Part shown: positions 1 to 16,202 of the stretch, in pieces | Position numbering within the stretch: the stretch's first letter is position 1 | Layout: each line of letters starts with the position of its first letter | Assembly (NCBI RefSeq): GCF_009914755.1 | Contig: NC_060928.1 | Source: the human T2T-CHM13v2.0 reference genome, Homo sapiens | DNA length: 64,000 nt | Strand: one strand, 5' to 3' | Notes under the pieces: generated by a model | What the model was told of the DNA's origin: nothing | The model's input: only the letters and a program-made list of their open reading frames with translations | Databases searched by the model: none | Made by a program: the position numbers and the translations under genes

Positions 1-3000
1 GTTTTGGTATGTTGTATTTCTTTATTCTTTCAAGAAAATTTTCAACTTCCATCTTAATTTTTTATTGACCCACTTTTCATTCAGGAGCATATTGTTTAAT
101 TTTCATGTGTTTGCATAGTTTCCAAAATTTCTCACTGTACTGATTTCTAGTTTTATTATTCCACTGTGGTCAGAGAACACAATGAATATGACTTCAACTT
201 TTTTGATTTTTTTAAAACTTATTTTGTGGCTTAATATATAATGTATCCTTGAGAGTGATCTATGTGCTAAGGAGAAGAATAGTATTCTGCATCTATTGGA
301 TAAAATGTTCTGTAAATATCTATTAGGTCAATTTGACCTATAGTATAGATTAAGTTCCATGTTTGTCTCTTGATTTTCTGTCTGGATAATCTGCCCAATG
401 TTGAAAGTAGGGAGTGAAAGTCTTGAACTATTATTGTATTGGAATCTATCTCTCTCCTTACCTCTAATAATATTTGCTCTATGTACTTGGGTGCTCCAGT
501 GTTGGGTGCATATATATTTAAAATTGTTATATCCTCTTGCTGAACAGACACCTTTATAACTATATAACAACCTTCTTTGTCTCTGTTTATAGTTTTTGTC
601 TGGAAATCTGTTTTGTCTGATATAAGTATAGGTATTTTGACCCTTTTTTGGTTTCCATTTTCATGGAATATGTATTTTCATCCTTTTATTTTCATTTTAT
701 TTGTGTATTTATAGGTAAAACGTATATTTTATAGGCAGCAGATCATTAGGTATTTTTTTCATCTATTCCGCCACTCTCCGTCTTTTGATTGATGAGTGTA
801 TTCCATTTATAGTCAATCTTATTGTTAATAAGTAAGGACTTACTTCGACTGTTTTGTTATTCGGTTCCTGGTTGTTTTGTGGTCTTCTCTTCCTTCTTTA
901 ATTCCTTCCTGTCTTCCTTTTAGTTAAGGTGATTTTGTCAGGTGATATGTTTTAATTTTTTGCTTTTTACCTTTTGTGTATCTGTTATATGTTTTTGATT
1001 TGAGGTTACTATGAACCTTGCAAACAATAATGCATAGCCTATTATTTTTAACTGGTGACAGTAGTCATGACATTAACAAAGAAACAATCAAAGAGAAAAA
1101 TAATAAGCACTCTACAGTTTAACTTCATTTCCCCATTTTTTAACTTTTTGTTGTTTCTATTTCTATCTTATTTTATTGTCTGTCTTGAAAAGCTGTAATT
1201 ATTTTTGATAGGTTCATCTTTTAGTCTTTCTACTCAAGATATGAGTGGTTTACACACCACAAAAACAGTGTTATAATATTGTGTTTTTTTGTGTGTATTT
1301 ACTATTACCAGTTTTTTCGTTCCTTCAGATGATTTCTTATTGCCCATTAATGTTCTTCTCTTTCATGCTGAAGATCTCCCTTGTAGATTTTCCAAGAAGC
1401 ATTTCTTGTAGCACAAGTCTAATGTTGATAAAATACCTCAACTTTTGTTTGTCTGGGGAAGTATTTATTTCTCCTTCATGTCTGAAAGATATTTTTACTG
1501 AATATACTTTTCTAGTATAAAAGTTTTTCTACTTCAGCACTTTAAATATGTCGTGCCACTCTCTTCTGGCCTGTAAGTTTACCACTATAAAGTCTGCTGG
1601 AAGACATATTAGAGCTCCATTGTATGTTTTTTTTTGTTTGTTTGTTTTTTTGTTTTTCTTGTTGCTTTGAGGATCCTTTCTTTATCATTGACCTTTGGCA
1701 GTTTGATTATTAAATGCCTTGAGGTAGGCTTATTGCAGTAAAATTGGCTTGGTGTTCTGCAACCCTCTTGTACTTGGATATTGATATCTTCTGTAGGTTT
1801 GAGATGTTCTCTGTTATGCCTTTGAATAAGCTTTCTATTCCAATCTGTCTGTCTTCCTTCTTTTTAAGGCCAATAACGCTTAGATTTTCTTTCTTGAGGC
1901 TATTCTCTAGGCTTTGAAGAGATGCTTGTTTTTCACTCTTTTTCTCTTTTGTCTCCTCTCAGTAAATTCTCAGATAGCCTGTCTTTAAGCTCACTAATTC
2001 TTTCTTCTGCCTGATCAATTCTGCTGTTAAGAGACTCTGATGCCTTCTTGAGTATGTCAATTTTATTTTTCAGCTCCAAAATTTCTGCTTGATTCTTTTT
2101 AATTATTTCAATCTCTTTATTAAATTTACTTGAAAAATTTATTAAATTTAAATTATTAAATTTACAGAGAAGGGTTCTAAATTACTTTTCTGTTGGATTT
2201 CATTGTGCTACCTCAACATAGCTGTTTTGAATTATCTGTGTGAATGACCACACATCTATGTCTCCCTGGGATTAGTCACTGGTGATTTACTTTGTTTGGG
2301 AAGGTCATGTTATCCTGGATGGTCTTGGTGTTTACAGATTTTCACTGGTGTCTGGCATTGAACAGTTAGGTAAGTATTTTAATCTTCACAGTCTGAGCCT
2401 GTTTTTACCTATCCTTGGGAAGCCTGTCCAGGTATTTGAAGGGACTTAGCTGTAGTGATCTATGTCTTTGGTCACTGCAGCCATATCTGCTTTAGGGGGC
2501 ACCCAAAGCCCCCTAAAGCCCACACTGTGGCTTTCATATATTTGTAAAGGCACCCCCTTGGTGGTCTTGGGTAAGACCCAGGGGAATTACTAGGCAGAGA
2601 CTTTTGTTCTCTTCTCTTATTTTCCACCTAACAAATAGAGCCTGTCGCTCAGTGTTGAGCTGCCTGGAGCTAAGGGAGAGATGATACAAGAACTCTTGTG
2701 GCCTGTATTGGGTCAGACCCAGAGTCAGCATGACCAAGGCCCACAGTAACCACTGCCTGGATACCACCTATATTCACTGATGGCCCAAGGGCTCTACATT
2801 TAATAGGTAGCAAATATAGCTAGGCTTGTGTCCTTCCTTTAAGCCAGTGATTTCCCCCTAGGCCCACGCAGGTCCAAAGATACTGTCCAGGAAACTTAAA
2901 AATCTACTTGCTACTTTATTATACTGTGGCTGAGCTGGCACCCACACCACAAGATAAGGTCTTTTCCACCCTTTTCTCCCCTTTCCTCAAGCAGAGGAGT

Positions 3001-4313
3001 CTGTCTCTGTGGCTATCACCAACTGAGGCCCACTGCAAGTACTGCCTGGCTTCCACCAATGTTCACTCAAGGTCCAAGGGCTTTTACCTCATCTTGCAGT
3101 GAACGCTGTACGTTTAGACTGTCTCCGTCCAGGCCTGGTGGCTCTACTCTGACCCAGGATATGTACCAAAATGCCAACTAGAAGCCAATGCCTAGAAATG
3201 GGGGGATCCACAAGGATCCTGCTTGATGCTGTACTCCACTATGAACAAGCTAGTGCCAATGTGCAAGACAAAGTACCCTTTACTCTTCCTTCTGCTTTCC
3301 TCAATCAGAAGGCATCTCTCTCCATAACCACCACAGATGGGAATATGCTGGGTCACACCTGAAACCAATGTGGCCCTGGGTTTTACACAAGCCTTGTGGC
3401 AAGTACTTCCTGGGTCCCACTGCTGATTATTCAGGGCTCAAGAGTTCTTAAGTCAGCAAGTCAGCAAGTGATGAACTCTGCCAGGCCTGGGTCTTTCCCT
3501 TCAAGGAAGTGGGTTCCTTTCTGGCCCAGGGTGTGTTTAGAAATATTGTCCAGTACCTAGGGCCTGGAATGGAAAACTCAGGACTCTGCTTGGTGCCCTA
3601 TTCTACTATTGTACTCTGGCTGAGCTGGTATCCAAGTTGCAAGACAAAGTCCTTTTTACTGTTCTTTCGCTTTTCAAGGACAGAGAAGGAGTCTCTCGGG
3701 AGTTGTGAGCTGTGCTGCCTGGGGTTGGAGGAGGGATGACATGAGCACTCCTTTGGCAGCTTTGGCTGGTTTCTCACTGGTATGAATGTGCTCCTAGTCT
3801 ACTGGCTCTGAGCCCAGGAATTGCAGTCCTTCTAAACTAGACTAACTTTCAAGTTTATTTGGGGGCCCAGAGCCCTTTAGCCCACAGTGGCAGTTCTGAC
3901 TGCTGGGATGGATGATTTCCCTCTGAGTAGGGATGGTCCAAATGCTCCCTCCATGGGCACCAGCTGAGTTCTTTCCAGCGATGCTTACTGCTATAACAGG
4001 CAGCCCTGAGTTCCAATGCAAAGTCTCACAATCACCATGTTCTCTTCCCCAAATGCACAGTTTCTCTCTTTGTGCCACGTGGCCACTACCGGGGAATGAG
4101 GAAAGGTTGGTGTAGGTGATTCAAATGTCTTTCCTACCCTATTCAGTGCCTCTTTCCTTAATATGATGTCAAAACAAGATAGTATGATCACTCATGTGAT
4201 TTTTGGTTCTCACGAGGGTGCTTTTTTGTGTGGATAGTTGTTCAGTTTGGTATTCCTGTGGGGGAGACAATTGCTGGAGACCTCTATTCAGCCATTTTGC
4301 TTCTCTTCCTCTC
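1..4313 (-). mobile_element. LINE-1, old L1M1/L1MA-type: 5'UTR, ORF1 remnant and ORF2 endonuclease; runs off the left window edge
   Basis: Minus ORF 267..551 (QQEDITILNIYAPNTGAPKYIEQIL) is the L1 ORF2 APE endonuclease. The minus strand at about 4313 reads gagaggaagagaagcaaaatggctgaataga, an L1 5' terminus, followed by GC-richer 5'UTR at about 2450-4310. Frames are broken. Confidence 0.9.
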
Positions 4314-4329
4314 AAGAAGAGGGATATTT

Positions 4330-4415
4330 AACAGTTTTGTTCATTGCTATATTCTTAGTGCCTATAATGGGGCTTGCCTCATAGAGGGTGCTAAATAAAT
4401 ATGTACTAAGTGTTC
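4330..4415 (+). mobile_element. L2 3'-end fragment
   Basis: gttttgttcattgctatattcttagtgcct...catagagggtgctaaataaatatg resembles the L2 3' tail consensus. Confidence 0.6.
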
Positions 4416-4980
4416 AAATGACCTTATTGAGGTCTACTTATTGATTAAGCCTGCTGCTAGTTACTGGGATGCACATATGTATATGACCTTGTATGTGCCC
4501 TCCAGAAGCACAAAGTTGAGTCAGTTAACTGGCAGATTTACCAAAAAATGTAGATAAAACATGATAGGGAGTTTTAACAGTGAATTAAGTAAAATGCAAT
4601 GGAACATAACATTACTGATCAGTTTGAACATTATCCTATTAGGAAAAGGGAACCAATGAATATTTCTAAGTGTGAGAGCCATGGTTTGAGTTTTAGAACA
4701 GTGCCATTGAAGGTATGGTTAGCAGACTAGGGCAAGTCCACAATGAGTTAAATACAGAAATTAAGAGATATACAAATTTCTGTAGTCATTTACCATTGTT
4801 AAGATGACCAAGCACATGACTAGCAGACTTGCTTATGTTGAACACAGCAGGGAACTCACTTGTGGCATGAGCTACTTACTAGTTATGCATCACAGGACTG
4901 GAAATTAAAAAGTAAGAAAGAAAGTCTTCAGTCTTTCATCACAGCTAGTTTGAGATGCACTGTTTTAAAAATGATGATTC

Positions 4981-5424
<444 letters not shown>

Positions 5425-6199
5425 TCAGAGCTGACATTCTGCTGCAGAGACACTTCTAATTTAGGCCTTTACAGCACCTACCCTGGGATGCACTGTGAGG
5501 CATTCACAGTGCCAGAGCCAGAGCCAGGGAAAGCACTAGCAGATAAGGCCAAGAGATAACAGTCTAGGAGTGGCAGGCCTCTTCTCCGTTCACTGCTCAC
5601 ACATTTCATCCCAACATGCAAAAGCTTAGGCACTGGAAAGGTGCTCAACAGACCTTTATGTCCAGGAAGAGCTAACTCCAGAAAGGTACATATTGAAATG
5701 AAACTTTAGCCAGTGCTGCTCTGTGGGTGCTGAAGTAAACATAAACCCAAAGATCCATACAAGTAAAAAGATTATTTTATTTATTTGTAATACTAATAAA
5801 AAATTATGCTATTACACACTATTATCAGTTTATTAAAAAATTACGTTGGGGCTTCAGAGAAATAAGTAGCTTTTACAGAGTTAAACACCTGGAAGTTTAT
5901 GTATCTTTGCATTGAAAAAGATCCTCTAGGCCTCCATGCTTATGCTGTTACTGTTTGTATTGGATAAAATAAAGACTGAGACTTTTTTTTTTAGTGTTAT
6001 TAAAAATATACCCTATTTTCTTTTTATCAAACAAAACTACTTTTTTATTTCTGTCCAGTAGAGTGTAGACAATCTGGCAAAGAGAGAGAATGATCGGATA
6101 AACACCTTTCAGAATAAATGTCTGTACATACTTTAATGAACTGAACAAGAAATTAATTTGGTCCTACTCTCAAGCTCTCTACATCAATCATGCTTTATG

Positions 6200-7040
6200 A
6201 ATTAAGCCCTTGCTTTAAGTTTTTGTTTCTTTCCTGCCTTTCAAAACATTACATCTTGAGGGTTTTTACCCGTTTCAATGACGGACCTTTCTCAGATTCC
6301 TTTGCTTCCTGCTCCTGTTCTGCTCAATCTCTACATGTCAGTGCACCCCAGGATTGGCTCTTGGATTATGATTGCTAGATTTAGCAAATAAAAATACAGA
6401 TGTCTCTTTAGATTTGAATTACAGATTAAAAACAATCCAAAAACTTATTTTGTGTTGTTTAAAGAATAAGTATGTCCCATGAAATATTGGGATACATATA
6501 TACTAAAAAACAAACAAAATTAATAACACCCCCTCCAACTATATTCTGAATTCTCTTCTCTTCTCTCCCCACATGGTTTCCTTGGTTGAGCTCATTGAGT
6601 CCTGAGGCTAATCTTTGAGCAGATGGTTCTCAATTCCCAGTCCACCCATATCTCCTCTCATCTATATTCAACTGACTTCTTGACATTTCCACTTGGATAT
6701 CTCACACTTAGCGTATCCAAGTAACTCTTATGACTATAACTCTCCTATGTACTATGAACCCCTTTTTTGTCAATCTTCCCCAACCAATAAATAGCTTGGA
6801 ATTTTAAGACAAAAACCGATATCAATCATTCTTGATTATTCTACATCATCATCCTTCAATATTTAACTCACAATTAAGTCTTGGCTTTTCCACCAAATTA
6901 TGTCCTAAATAATTTTATTTCTCTCAGTCTTCACATTTCTGACCCAAACTTATGTCATCATCCTCTCTCCCCCATGCAATTGTAATGCCTTACTAACTGG
7001 TCTCATTTATCCCACACTTGCCCTTTAATAATACATTCTC
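6200..7040 (+). mobile_element. L2 fragment, interrupted by MER53 and by the L1PA at 7041
   Basis: Pyrimidine-rich L2-like motifs (tatattcaactgacttcttgacatttccacttggatatctc; tgtaatgccttactaactggtctc). Confidence 0.65.
6367..6510. mobile_element. MER53 (palindromic hAT MITE), right arm truncated
   Basis: ttgctagatttagcaaataaaaatacagatg...aagtatgtcccatgaaatattgggatac...tatactaaaaaa matches the recalled MER53 consensus arm and centre. Confidence 0.7.
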
Positions 7041-8579
<1,539 letters not shown>

Positions 8580-8619
8580 AATAATACATTCTCAATGCAT
8601 TAGAAAGTGATTTTCTAAA

Positions 8620-8960
8620 ACTCTTTATTGAATTATATACCATAAAATCAGGAAAGTTGTCATATCAAAACTGTACTACACAATAAATCTTCAAAAGCTA
8701 AACATACTCCTGTAACCAGAATCCAATTAATCTATTCTTTGCCAACAAAATAAATCACTGCTCTATTTTTTTTTAATCACCATAGATTAGCTTTGCTGGG
8801 TTCTGTGATTTATATAAGTGGAATCCTACAGCAAATATGTTTGCCTACTTTTTAAAAAATTTCACATCATATTTGTGAGAAAGTCATCTGTATTTTGCAT
8901 GTGCTTGCAGTTAGTTCATTCTCATAGCCGTGTAAGAGTCTATTGAATGAATATACCACA
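8620..8960 (-). mobile_element. Old L1M 3' fragment
   Basis: ctttattgaattatatacc...catagattagctttgctgg...tatataagtggaatcctacag...ttgaatgaatataccacaat is typical antisense L1MC/ME 3' sequence. Confidence 0.55.
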
Positions 8961-9399
8961 ATATTCCATAGGTTTTTATGGTATGTTGTATAGGTTGAAA
9001 AAATTAATTGACATAAAGCCCTTGGTTATTAGTAGATACTTAATAAACAATATGAATTATTATTGCTGTTATGTTTATAGGAAAAAATAAAATGTTCTCG
9101 GAACTATCAAAAGTAGTTCTGAGAACTTGTCAAACAATATCTCAAGTGAATCTTATTCTTAATTTAATGGGTATTAGATGAAAGTAGGTCAAAATAATGT
9201 CGTACATATAGAAAACTTAAATTTCAATTTGTTTTTGATGGAACTGCCCCTGGACTTATGGGAAAGCTGAGGAAATATGTATTCCAGAATTATATCAAGA
9301 GGGGTTTTGCAGCCTTTTGAGTCCCATTCTTTGATAATTGAATATGGTATCCATGTTTCTTTTTGTGTCTCTCAAAACCTGATGAATTATGACTTACGC

Positions 9400-10020
9400 T
9401 CAAAGAATTAATGATGTGACACTCTTCTCAAAATGCCTTGACACTGTCTTGTTGTTTACAGGATAAAGTCCGAACACTTGGTGTGGCCTACCAGATCTTC
9501 TGTTGCTTGACTGCCATCTGCCATTCCCAGCACCTCCTTTCCTGGAACCACATTCTTTTGAATACAACACCACAACCACCCCAGAATGGCCTATTGCCTG
9601 AAAATTCCATAGTAGCTCATGTTTTGTCTTTGTACATTTGGGTCCCTTCATTGTGAAGTTTTCCTTGCCATCTACCCCAATCTATCTCATACCACCCTAA
9701 CTTCCTATGTTTGTCTTTCATAACGCAGCTCAAGGAACACCTGTATACCTCTGACCACTGATGTTTATGACCCTCAGCCAGAACTGACAACTCTTATCTG
9801 GGTTTCCTTGTTTGTTCTGTAGGTGGCATAATTACAGCATCTGTTATAACCCGCTATTGCTCTTGCTGATTTAAATATATTTCTCCCCAAACAGCTTATG
9901 AACCTTTGAGATGACAATTATGTCTTAATCATCTGCGTAGTAACAGCTAGCAAAATACTAAAATGCCTTAGAATTTTTTTACCAGTAAACAAAAAGCAAA
10001 TAAATAAAAGAATGCATGAA
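9400..10020 (+). mobile_element. L2 3' fragment
   Basis: caggataaagtccgaacacttggtgtggcctacc...ttatgaacctttgagatgacaattatgtctt...gaatgcatgaa L2-type tail. Confidence 0.6.
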
Positions 10021-10099
10021 GGAAGGTCAGTGAGGAGGAAAATCTTAAAGATTTGTTGCACTGAATTTTCTAAAATCTTAATTTTATTCAACTCTTTTG

Positions 10100-10480
10100 C
10101 CTATGCTATTGAAGAAGCCAGAAAAAGTAGGAAGTCAAGTTTGGGGTTGACAAAGTACTTTAAATGATAAGGAAACAACAGAACTGAAATTTAAGACTCA
10201 CTTGTTATTCTGGATTCATAATGAGAATCCAGTAAGATTCAGGATAAAGTCCTACATTCAGTTAAAAGAGATATGTGGATACCTATGAAATCCAGAGTAC
10301 TCAGTTTAAGAACAATAATTAAATGGAATCTCAAGGACTTTAGTTGGTTCTGAAGTTGATAGCAGCAAACAGTGGAATGTACATTTCTTACAAACCATAA
10401 ATGGGATGTAATACATTATAGATCAACGGTCCAAAGAAAGGCTGTAATACTCGTGTTGTATCCAATATTTATGTGGACTA
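10100..10480 (+). mobile_element. CR1/L3 fragment
   Basis: ggataaagtcctacattcag...aggactttagttggttctgaagttgatagcagcaaacagtggaatgt resembles the L3 RT-end consensus; highly diverged. Confidence 0.4.
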
Positions 10481-13400
10481 CTGAAACCATTTGTTAATAC
10501 TCACGGTTGTCTTATTTAATTAATAATTACTTACTCTTAAAATATGTCATACAAAAGGAATTGTTTATTCAGTTTTATATTTTCACAGTACTTCTTAGGC
10601 TCATTTTGAAACACTATGGAAGTGAAGATTTTTATTGACCTATATCCGTAAGAGTGTTTATGCACTTTTATATTTAGTACAAAATTTTACTTCTATTTTT
10701 TAGTGTGTTGCCAATATTCATACCATGATAAATTATAAGACGTTCTCACTCAACTCATCTTTTCTCTTTTTTCACACATTCTCAAGCTTTCTACCCTGAC
10801 AATCTCTGTGAGTAGAAAAGAATAGACTAGATATCTCTCAAGAAATAATTTTGTGATAACTGAGAAAAATAAAAGCAAGGATCTTCCATTTCTTAATGTT
10901 AGATAGCAAGAAAAATCACATTGAAAGCATTTATGCAAAATTCATCTAGATAACCTTCCTAACATGGGATCCTATTCCCCTTAAATATGTTAAGGAGAAA
11001 AATATCCATTCATTTGAAGCCAATGTTCCCCTGGGGAAGAAATTTACCCGCATTGAAAACTAGTAACTATCACCCCTGAAATACATAAACAAAACACTGA
11101 TTTGTCCATATTATTTCACAGGTTTGATATATTAAAGCTTGTATTGATACATAATTTTAAATAATTTAATAAAGACTCAGGGACACAAGGCAGGAAAGCC
11201 AAATTCTCACCTTCAACAAGTAGAGCTACAATTGAAGAATATAATTATTCTAGAGGTCTTCTTCTGTTTCTCAAATGTAAAAAAAAAGTCAATACATTTA
11301 CACACAAATCTGTCTTGTGACATAAAACTTTTTTTGGAAGTCATAAAAATCACAATTAACTTTATATTATTTTATACAAAGATATACCCTTTCATAATTT
11401 ATGCCTAATTTCTAAGGGTTATTCGTCTTTTTTAGCATATAAATTACTTTTCAGAATTCATGTCATACTAATCTATTTTTTGTCTTTTAAAAATTGAGAT
11501 GATCATGTTGAGTCTTTATCAATCCTTGTGCTCATTTGGTCTTGTGTTGAGGTTACCTGGAAGCTCTTGTTGACTGCAAAGGTTCAGGATGTTTGTAAGT
11601 TGCTAAACAGCATGACCCACAAAACGGGCTAGGTTTAGATAACACATGTTAAACAGCTCTGTGAGAAGGTATTCTTGAAGCTTAGCAGGTAGTTTGCTAA
11701 TGAGAACAAGAAAAGCTTAAGAGCTGACTCTTATCTCTGCTACTGCCCTCTGTTTTTGACTCCCTGGGGCTGGAAAGTTGAGTGGATTAAGAAAGAATCC
11801 ACTATAAAGTGGCACTAAACTGTTGCTAGCATCTCCTTAATAATGTCAGAAATTGTCCTCTCATAGGGGCCTGAATATGTAACTTATGTTGATACCTGCC
11901 TGAATTAAGTTTGAAACACCTGACTTCATAATAGAAAAGGAAAGGAACTCAAAGTATAGTGCCCAAAGGACCATGGAGAGCTCATACTTTCTCTGCACTG
12001 GCATATCTGAGTGTCTGCTCTAGAAGGTAGAAGCAAGGCTATAGGAGTATACAGGTGGTGACATTTGCAGCCAGACAATGGAGTTTGGAAGAATTTTCCA
12101 GTGGAACTTCATTCAGCCAATCCTTAGGAATTCTGGTCAGAGTTCAACCATCTGAGATATTGAAGGTCTAGCAAAGGCCAAGTGAGTAAAACGACCTCTA
12201 GAAGTCAAATTAGATTTCAGTCAAGGCAGGATTACAGTTCCAGCTGAACAGTAAAGTGAAGGCATATTCTGTTGGACAGGCAAAGTACAGCAAGGGTTGG
12301 GTAGACCCTTAGCGTCGGAAGGTACATAGTAAGGATTATTCCACAGACATTCCAGGTTCTATGTATCAGAGAGCAAGAATAATTCCAGACACCTCTTACT
12401 TGAAGTCTGAGAAACACTATTATAACTTCTATTCTGGTCAATAATTGTTGTGAAATAGAGTGGGGCTGAGACTTTGTATCTTATTGTAAATCTTCTTTAA
12501 TAGAGCAGCTAGGAACAAGGAGCTAGCGGAACCTTCTAGGGTTGTAGGACAGTAATTCTAATTGCAGATTCCCATGAGAGAAGATCTGACTATCCAACAT
12601 CGAGATCTGACTTGGGAGTAGTTGAAAAACTAAAAAAGACTCTGGGCATTGCAGGTGGTAGAGAATTGCTCTAAAGGGATATGACAGGAGCCATTTAACC
12701 AATCGTATAAAGCAGAATATAGGAATATAGTAAAGAATTAGTATACTGGAAAGAGAAGAGAGAAATATTAGCATGCAAAGGCATCACACCATACCAGAGT
12801 ACAGCTGTTTGATGATGTGTCCAGCATTGGAGCTATGCAGGCTTAACACCCTCAGACACAAATGCTGCAATCTTGTGACTATGCTCACTCTGGATAAGCT
12901 AGCATAGGGCTAGTGTCAAGAAAAACTAAATAGATAATAAAAGCAAAAGAGGTAGTTGTGTTCTAGGTGGGATAGATCTGACAGTATCTCATTATAACAA
13001 ACAGGCTTAGAGTGTATGCCCTTCAGTTCAATTTCTGCTTTTGGGGGTTCCCATAAGTCTAAAAAAATAAAGATGCTTCTGGCTCAATAAATGTCTAGAA
13101 CAATTCAATGCATATATATGGGTGAAAATAAAGTCTCTCTAATACAGCCTATGTTGGGAAAATTCTAATTAAAGCATGCCTTCCATACCTTTGTTTACTG
13201 GCAAAGTTCAAGTATGTCTCATGACTCTGAGAGGTGAAAAATTGATTATGTTTGTTCTAAACTTATTTAATAACCGAGGTGAAAATCAAATTTTTCTTTG
13301 CTCAGCTTTAATGAACTGGGCACAAATTACTACACAGCTAGAATTTCAGGACCTCATTATGTGTAGGAACCATCTTTCTTTTCATTTATCTTACTGTGTG

Positions 13401-13898
13401 ACAAGGTGCTGTCATCCTTTCCTTCCTCTACCTATCTGGAGTCCCTTGAGATGTCCATCTATAAGTAGTCTTAACCTTTCCATTATATGTCCCAGTCCTT
13501 CCCGGAGTGGGGAGCATATTGTTAGCTTCCTCTTCCAAATAATGGATCTAAAATAAATTTTTCTGCCCAAGACATCTCATGTATCCAAAAGACATTCCCC
13601 TGAAGAGGAAAACACCAGGATTTTCTTACCATGGACACAGTGGTTCTAAATAACTTCTCCTTATTTTCTTCTAGCTCTGTGTTTGATACTTCTCTTAATG
13701 CTCCTGGTCTATGAATTCACTGCCCTTTCATCTATTTTGCAAACTGCTTTCTCTTTAAGATGAGAAGCCTAACACTGTCTTTCTAGCTAAAATACTGGCC
13801 CACTGTAGATCGACATTCAGACTTCTCATTTGGTAACCTAACCTTAGGATCTCTTGGGACTTTCCATTTGTACACAGTCTCAAGATCGCCTACTTTGG

Positions 13899-13900
<2 letters not shown>

Positions 13901-13938
<38 letters not shown>
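13901..13938. repeat. (GT)19 microsatellite
   Basis: Uninterrupted GT dinucleotide run. Confidence 0.98.
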
Positions 13939-13940
<2 letters not shown>

Positions 13941-14368
13941 TTACCTTTGCCGACTTCTGTTTGAAGCTAAACATAACCCATCAGTGAATTAGATTCAAAC
14001 TGAGTTTTGCAGCCCAAGAACTCAGGACACCTATCTATCTATTGAACTGCATCTAGTCACGTCTGAACTCAGTAGGATCAAGCTCTCCTCCCTCATTGGG
14101 CTCATCTTTGATTTCCAAGCCTAAAACTCCACCTATTATAACTAGAGCACTGCTACAGAATCCCATTCTTCTGATTATCTACATCTTGTTGTCCACATCC
14201 TGATTTCTTGTCTACATCTTATTTCTTTCTGCATGGGGATATAATCCTGCTACCTGTTGTTAAAGCCTTTGACTACTAGAGTATTATAAAACCCCAGGTC
14301 TGCCATAAAGATGATTCTGATGGTTTCTTAGCTGACTTGCATTAATCTAACTCACCTATGTATAAATA

Positions 14369-14753
14369 CAGTTGTGTGGGTTAATGACCAGGATACATTC
14401 TGAGAAATGTGCTGCTGGATGATTTTGTTCTTGTACAAACACCACAGAGTGTACTTACACAAACCTAGATGGTACAGCCTACTACATACCTAGGCCGTAT
14501 GTTACCACCTACTGCTCCTAGGTTGCAAACCTGTAAACCATGTGACTACTGTGTACTAGCAGTTGTAACACAATGGTAAGTACTTGTGTATCTAGATATG
14601 TCTACACATTGAAAAGATAATGTGTTGTTCTACAACGTTGCAACAGCTACAATGCCACTTGGCAATAGGAATTGATCAGCTCCATTATAATCTTATGGGA
14701 CCACCATTTATATATTACTTGTCATTGAGCAAAACATTATTATGCATCACATA
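14369..14753. mobile_element. Tigger3/MER7-family non-autonomous TcMar DNA transposon
   Basis: ta|cagttgtg start; ggatacattctgagaaatg...gtacttacacaaacctagatggtacagcctactaca...ccattataatcttatgggaccacc match the recalled Tigger3 consensus. Confidence 0.85.
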
Positions 14754-15974
14754 AGAGGATATGCCACAAGCCCATTTAAAAATAGCATTACTTTTGTTTT
14801 CATTGTCATTTTTCCTTGATGTAAAAGGTTAGTTGCAGTTTGTGGCAAGACTGAAGCAACCTAGGGGCCTTGGTAGTGAAATTTAATCTCATTTTCCACA
14901 CCTGTCTCTGGATTCTTGCTGCTGATACCACATGAAAGATTCAACATGCCCATGGGGATACTGCAGTAGAATAGCTAAGGGATTCATGAGTCCATGCTGA
15001 AAAAGGTTGGAATTCTAGGACCTCTCATTCAATAACACTGTCCTTTTCCTCTTTTCCACCACCTTGTGTTCCTGGGGCCCACAGCTCAGGTGGTAGAGTT
15101 TGCCTAAATTAAGGTACTTTTAGTGTACTGGAGAAAGGAAAGTTCCCTCTAAGAAATAAGAACTGGATAATCTATAGCAGGATTACTAGTAGCAATTCTT
15201 GAGAGTTGCATGACCATTCCGTTGTACCAGAGGGTATTTCATTTAGGCAGGCCAAAATTTCCAAAGTGTCAAGCAATAGCATTTTCTCCCATTACTAGGT
15301 AGAAGGGAACAATTCTGTACAGCAGAAGAGGGTGTTCTTCCTGGAAAGGTTTAAGTTAGAATATATGCACTAAAGCCCACCTCTATATTCAAGCTCTGAC
15401 ATTGTGTTAAGCACTTAAATATCTCCTAAGCTAGATTCTTTAACAGAAAATCAGGGAAATATACACAACAAGATAATGAAATTAAGTGCTTTGTAATAAT
15501 AGAACACTAGACACGTGAGGTTATTATCAAATAGGCATTGTTCATGGGGCTGGCGTGCTTTCAAATGTTGAGATATATCCCTTAACACAGTGCTTTATAC
15601 TGAATGGGAAAAGGTGTATAAATTAATGGCACACACAGAACTGGGTTTAAAATCTGTTATACTTCCTGGGCTAAAGCCATCTACCTCAAAGTTTTCCATG
15701 TAAATGAAATGCAATAATATAATTATAGAAATTAGTACGGGAACATAGAAAGATTGACAGTTTATATATCTGTTGAAGAGACACGTACAATGTGTATTTT
15801 TTATTTTCAAATGTTAAAAACTCTAATAATAAATATAAGTGAAAATTTTTAACTGCAAAAATGAATCTCTGGCATAAGCTTTTAATATATTTTTGCAAAA
15901 TAAGCAATGCTTTAAAATAAGAAAAAAAATCAATAGTTTATTTATAATATAATTTATCTAGAATAGGTAGTGTT

Positions 15975-16175
15975 TCTTTAATGTTTACAGTGTATACACA
16001 GTTCTAAAGGCTTTTTATGCATTAACTCATTTAGTCTTTACAATAACTTTATGATAGGGATTGTTATTATCTCCATTTACATATGAGGAAACTTAAATAA
16101 CTATAATAAGTGAATTGTCTAAGGCTACAAGGTAACAAACTGCTAGAGGCAATATTCAAATCCAGGCAAGATTTG
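15975..16175 (-). mobile_element. MIR
   Basis: MIR core attaactcatttagtctttacaataac...ttattatctccatttacatatgaggaaactt...aattgtctaaggctaca. Confidence 0.75.
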
Positions 16176-16202
16176 CTCCTGTTCAAGGGGTACTGTCTCT
16201 CT

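Noticed and set aside
2117-2164. Three copies of ttattaaattta in the L1 ORF1 remnant, plus other micro-duplications (3451, 46753, 50413)
   Set aside because: Ordinary slippage in AT-rich neutral DNA.
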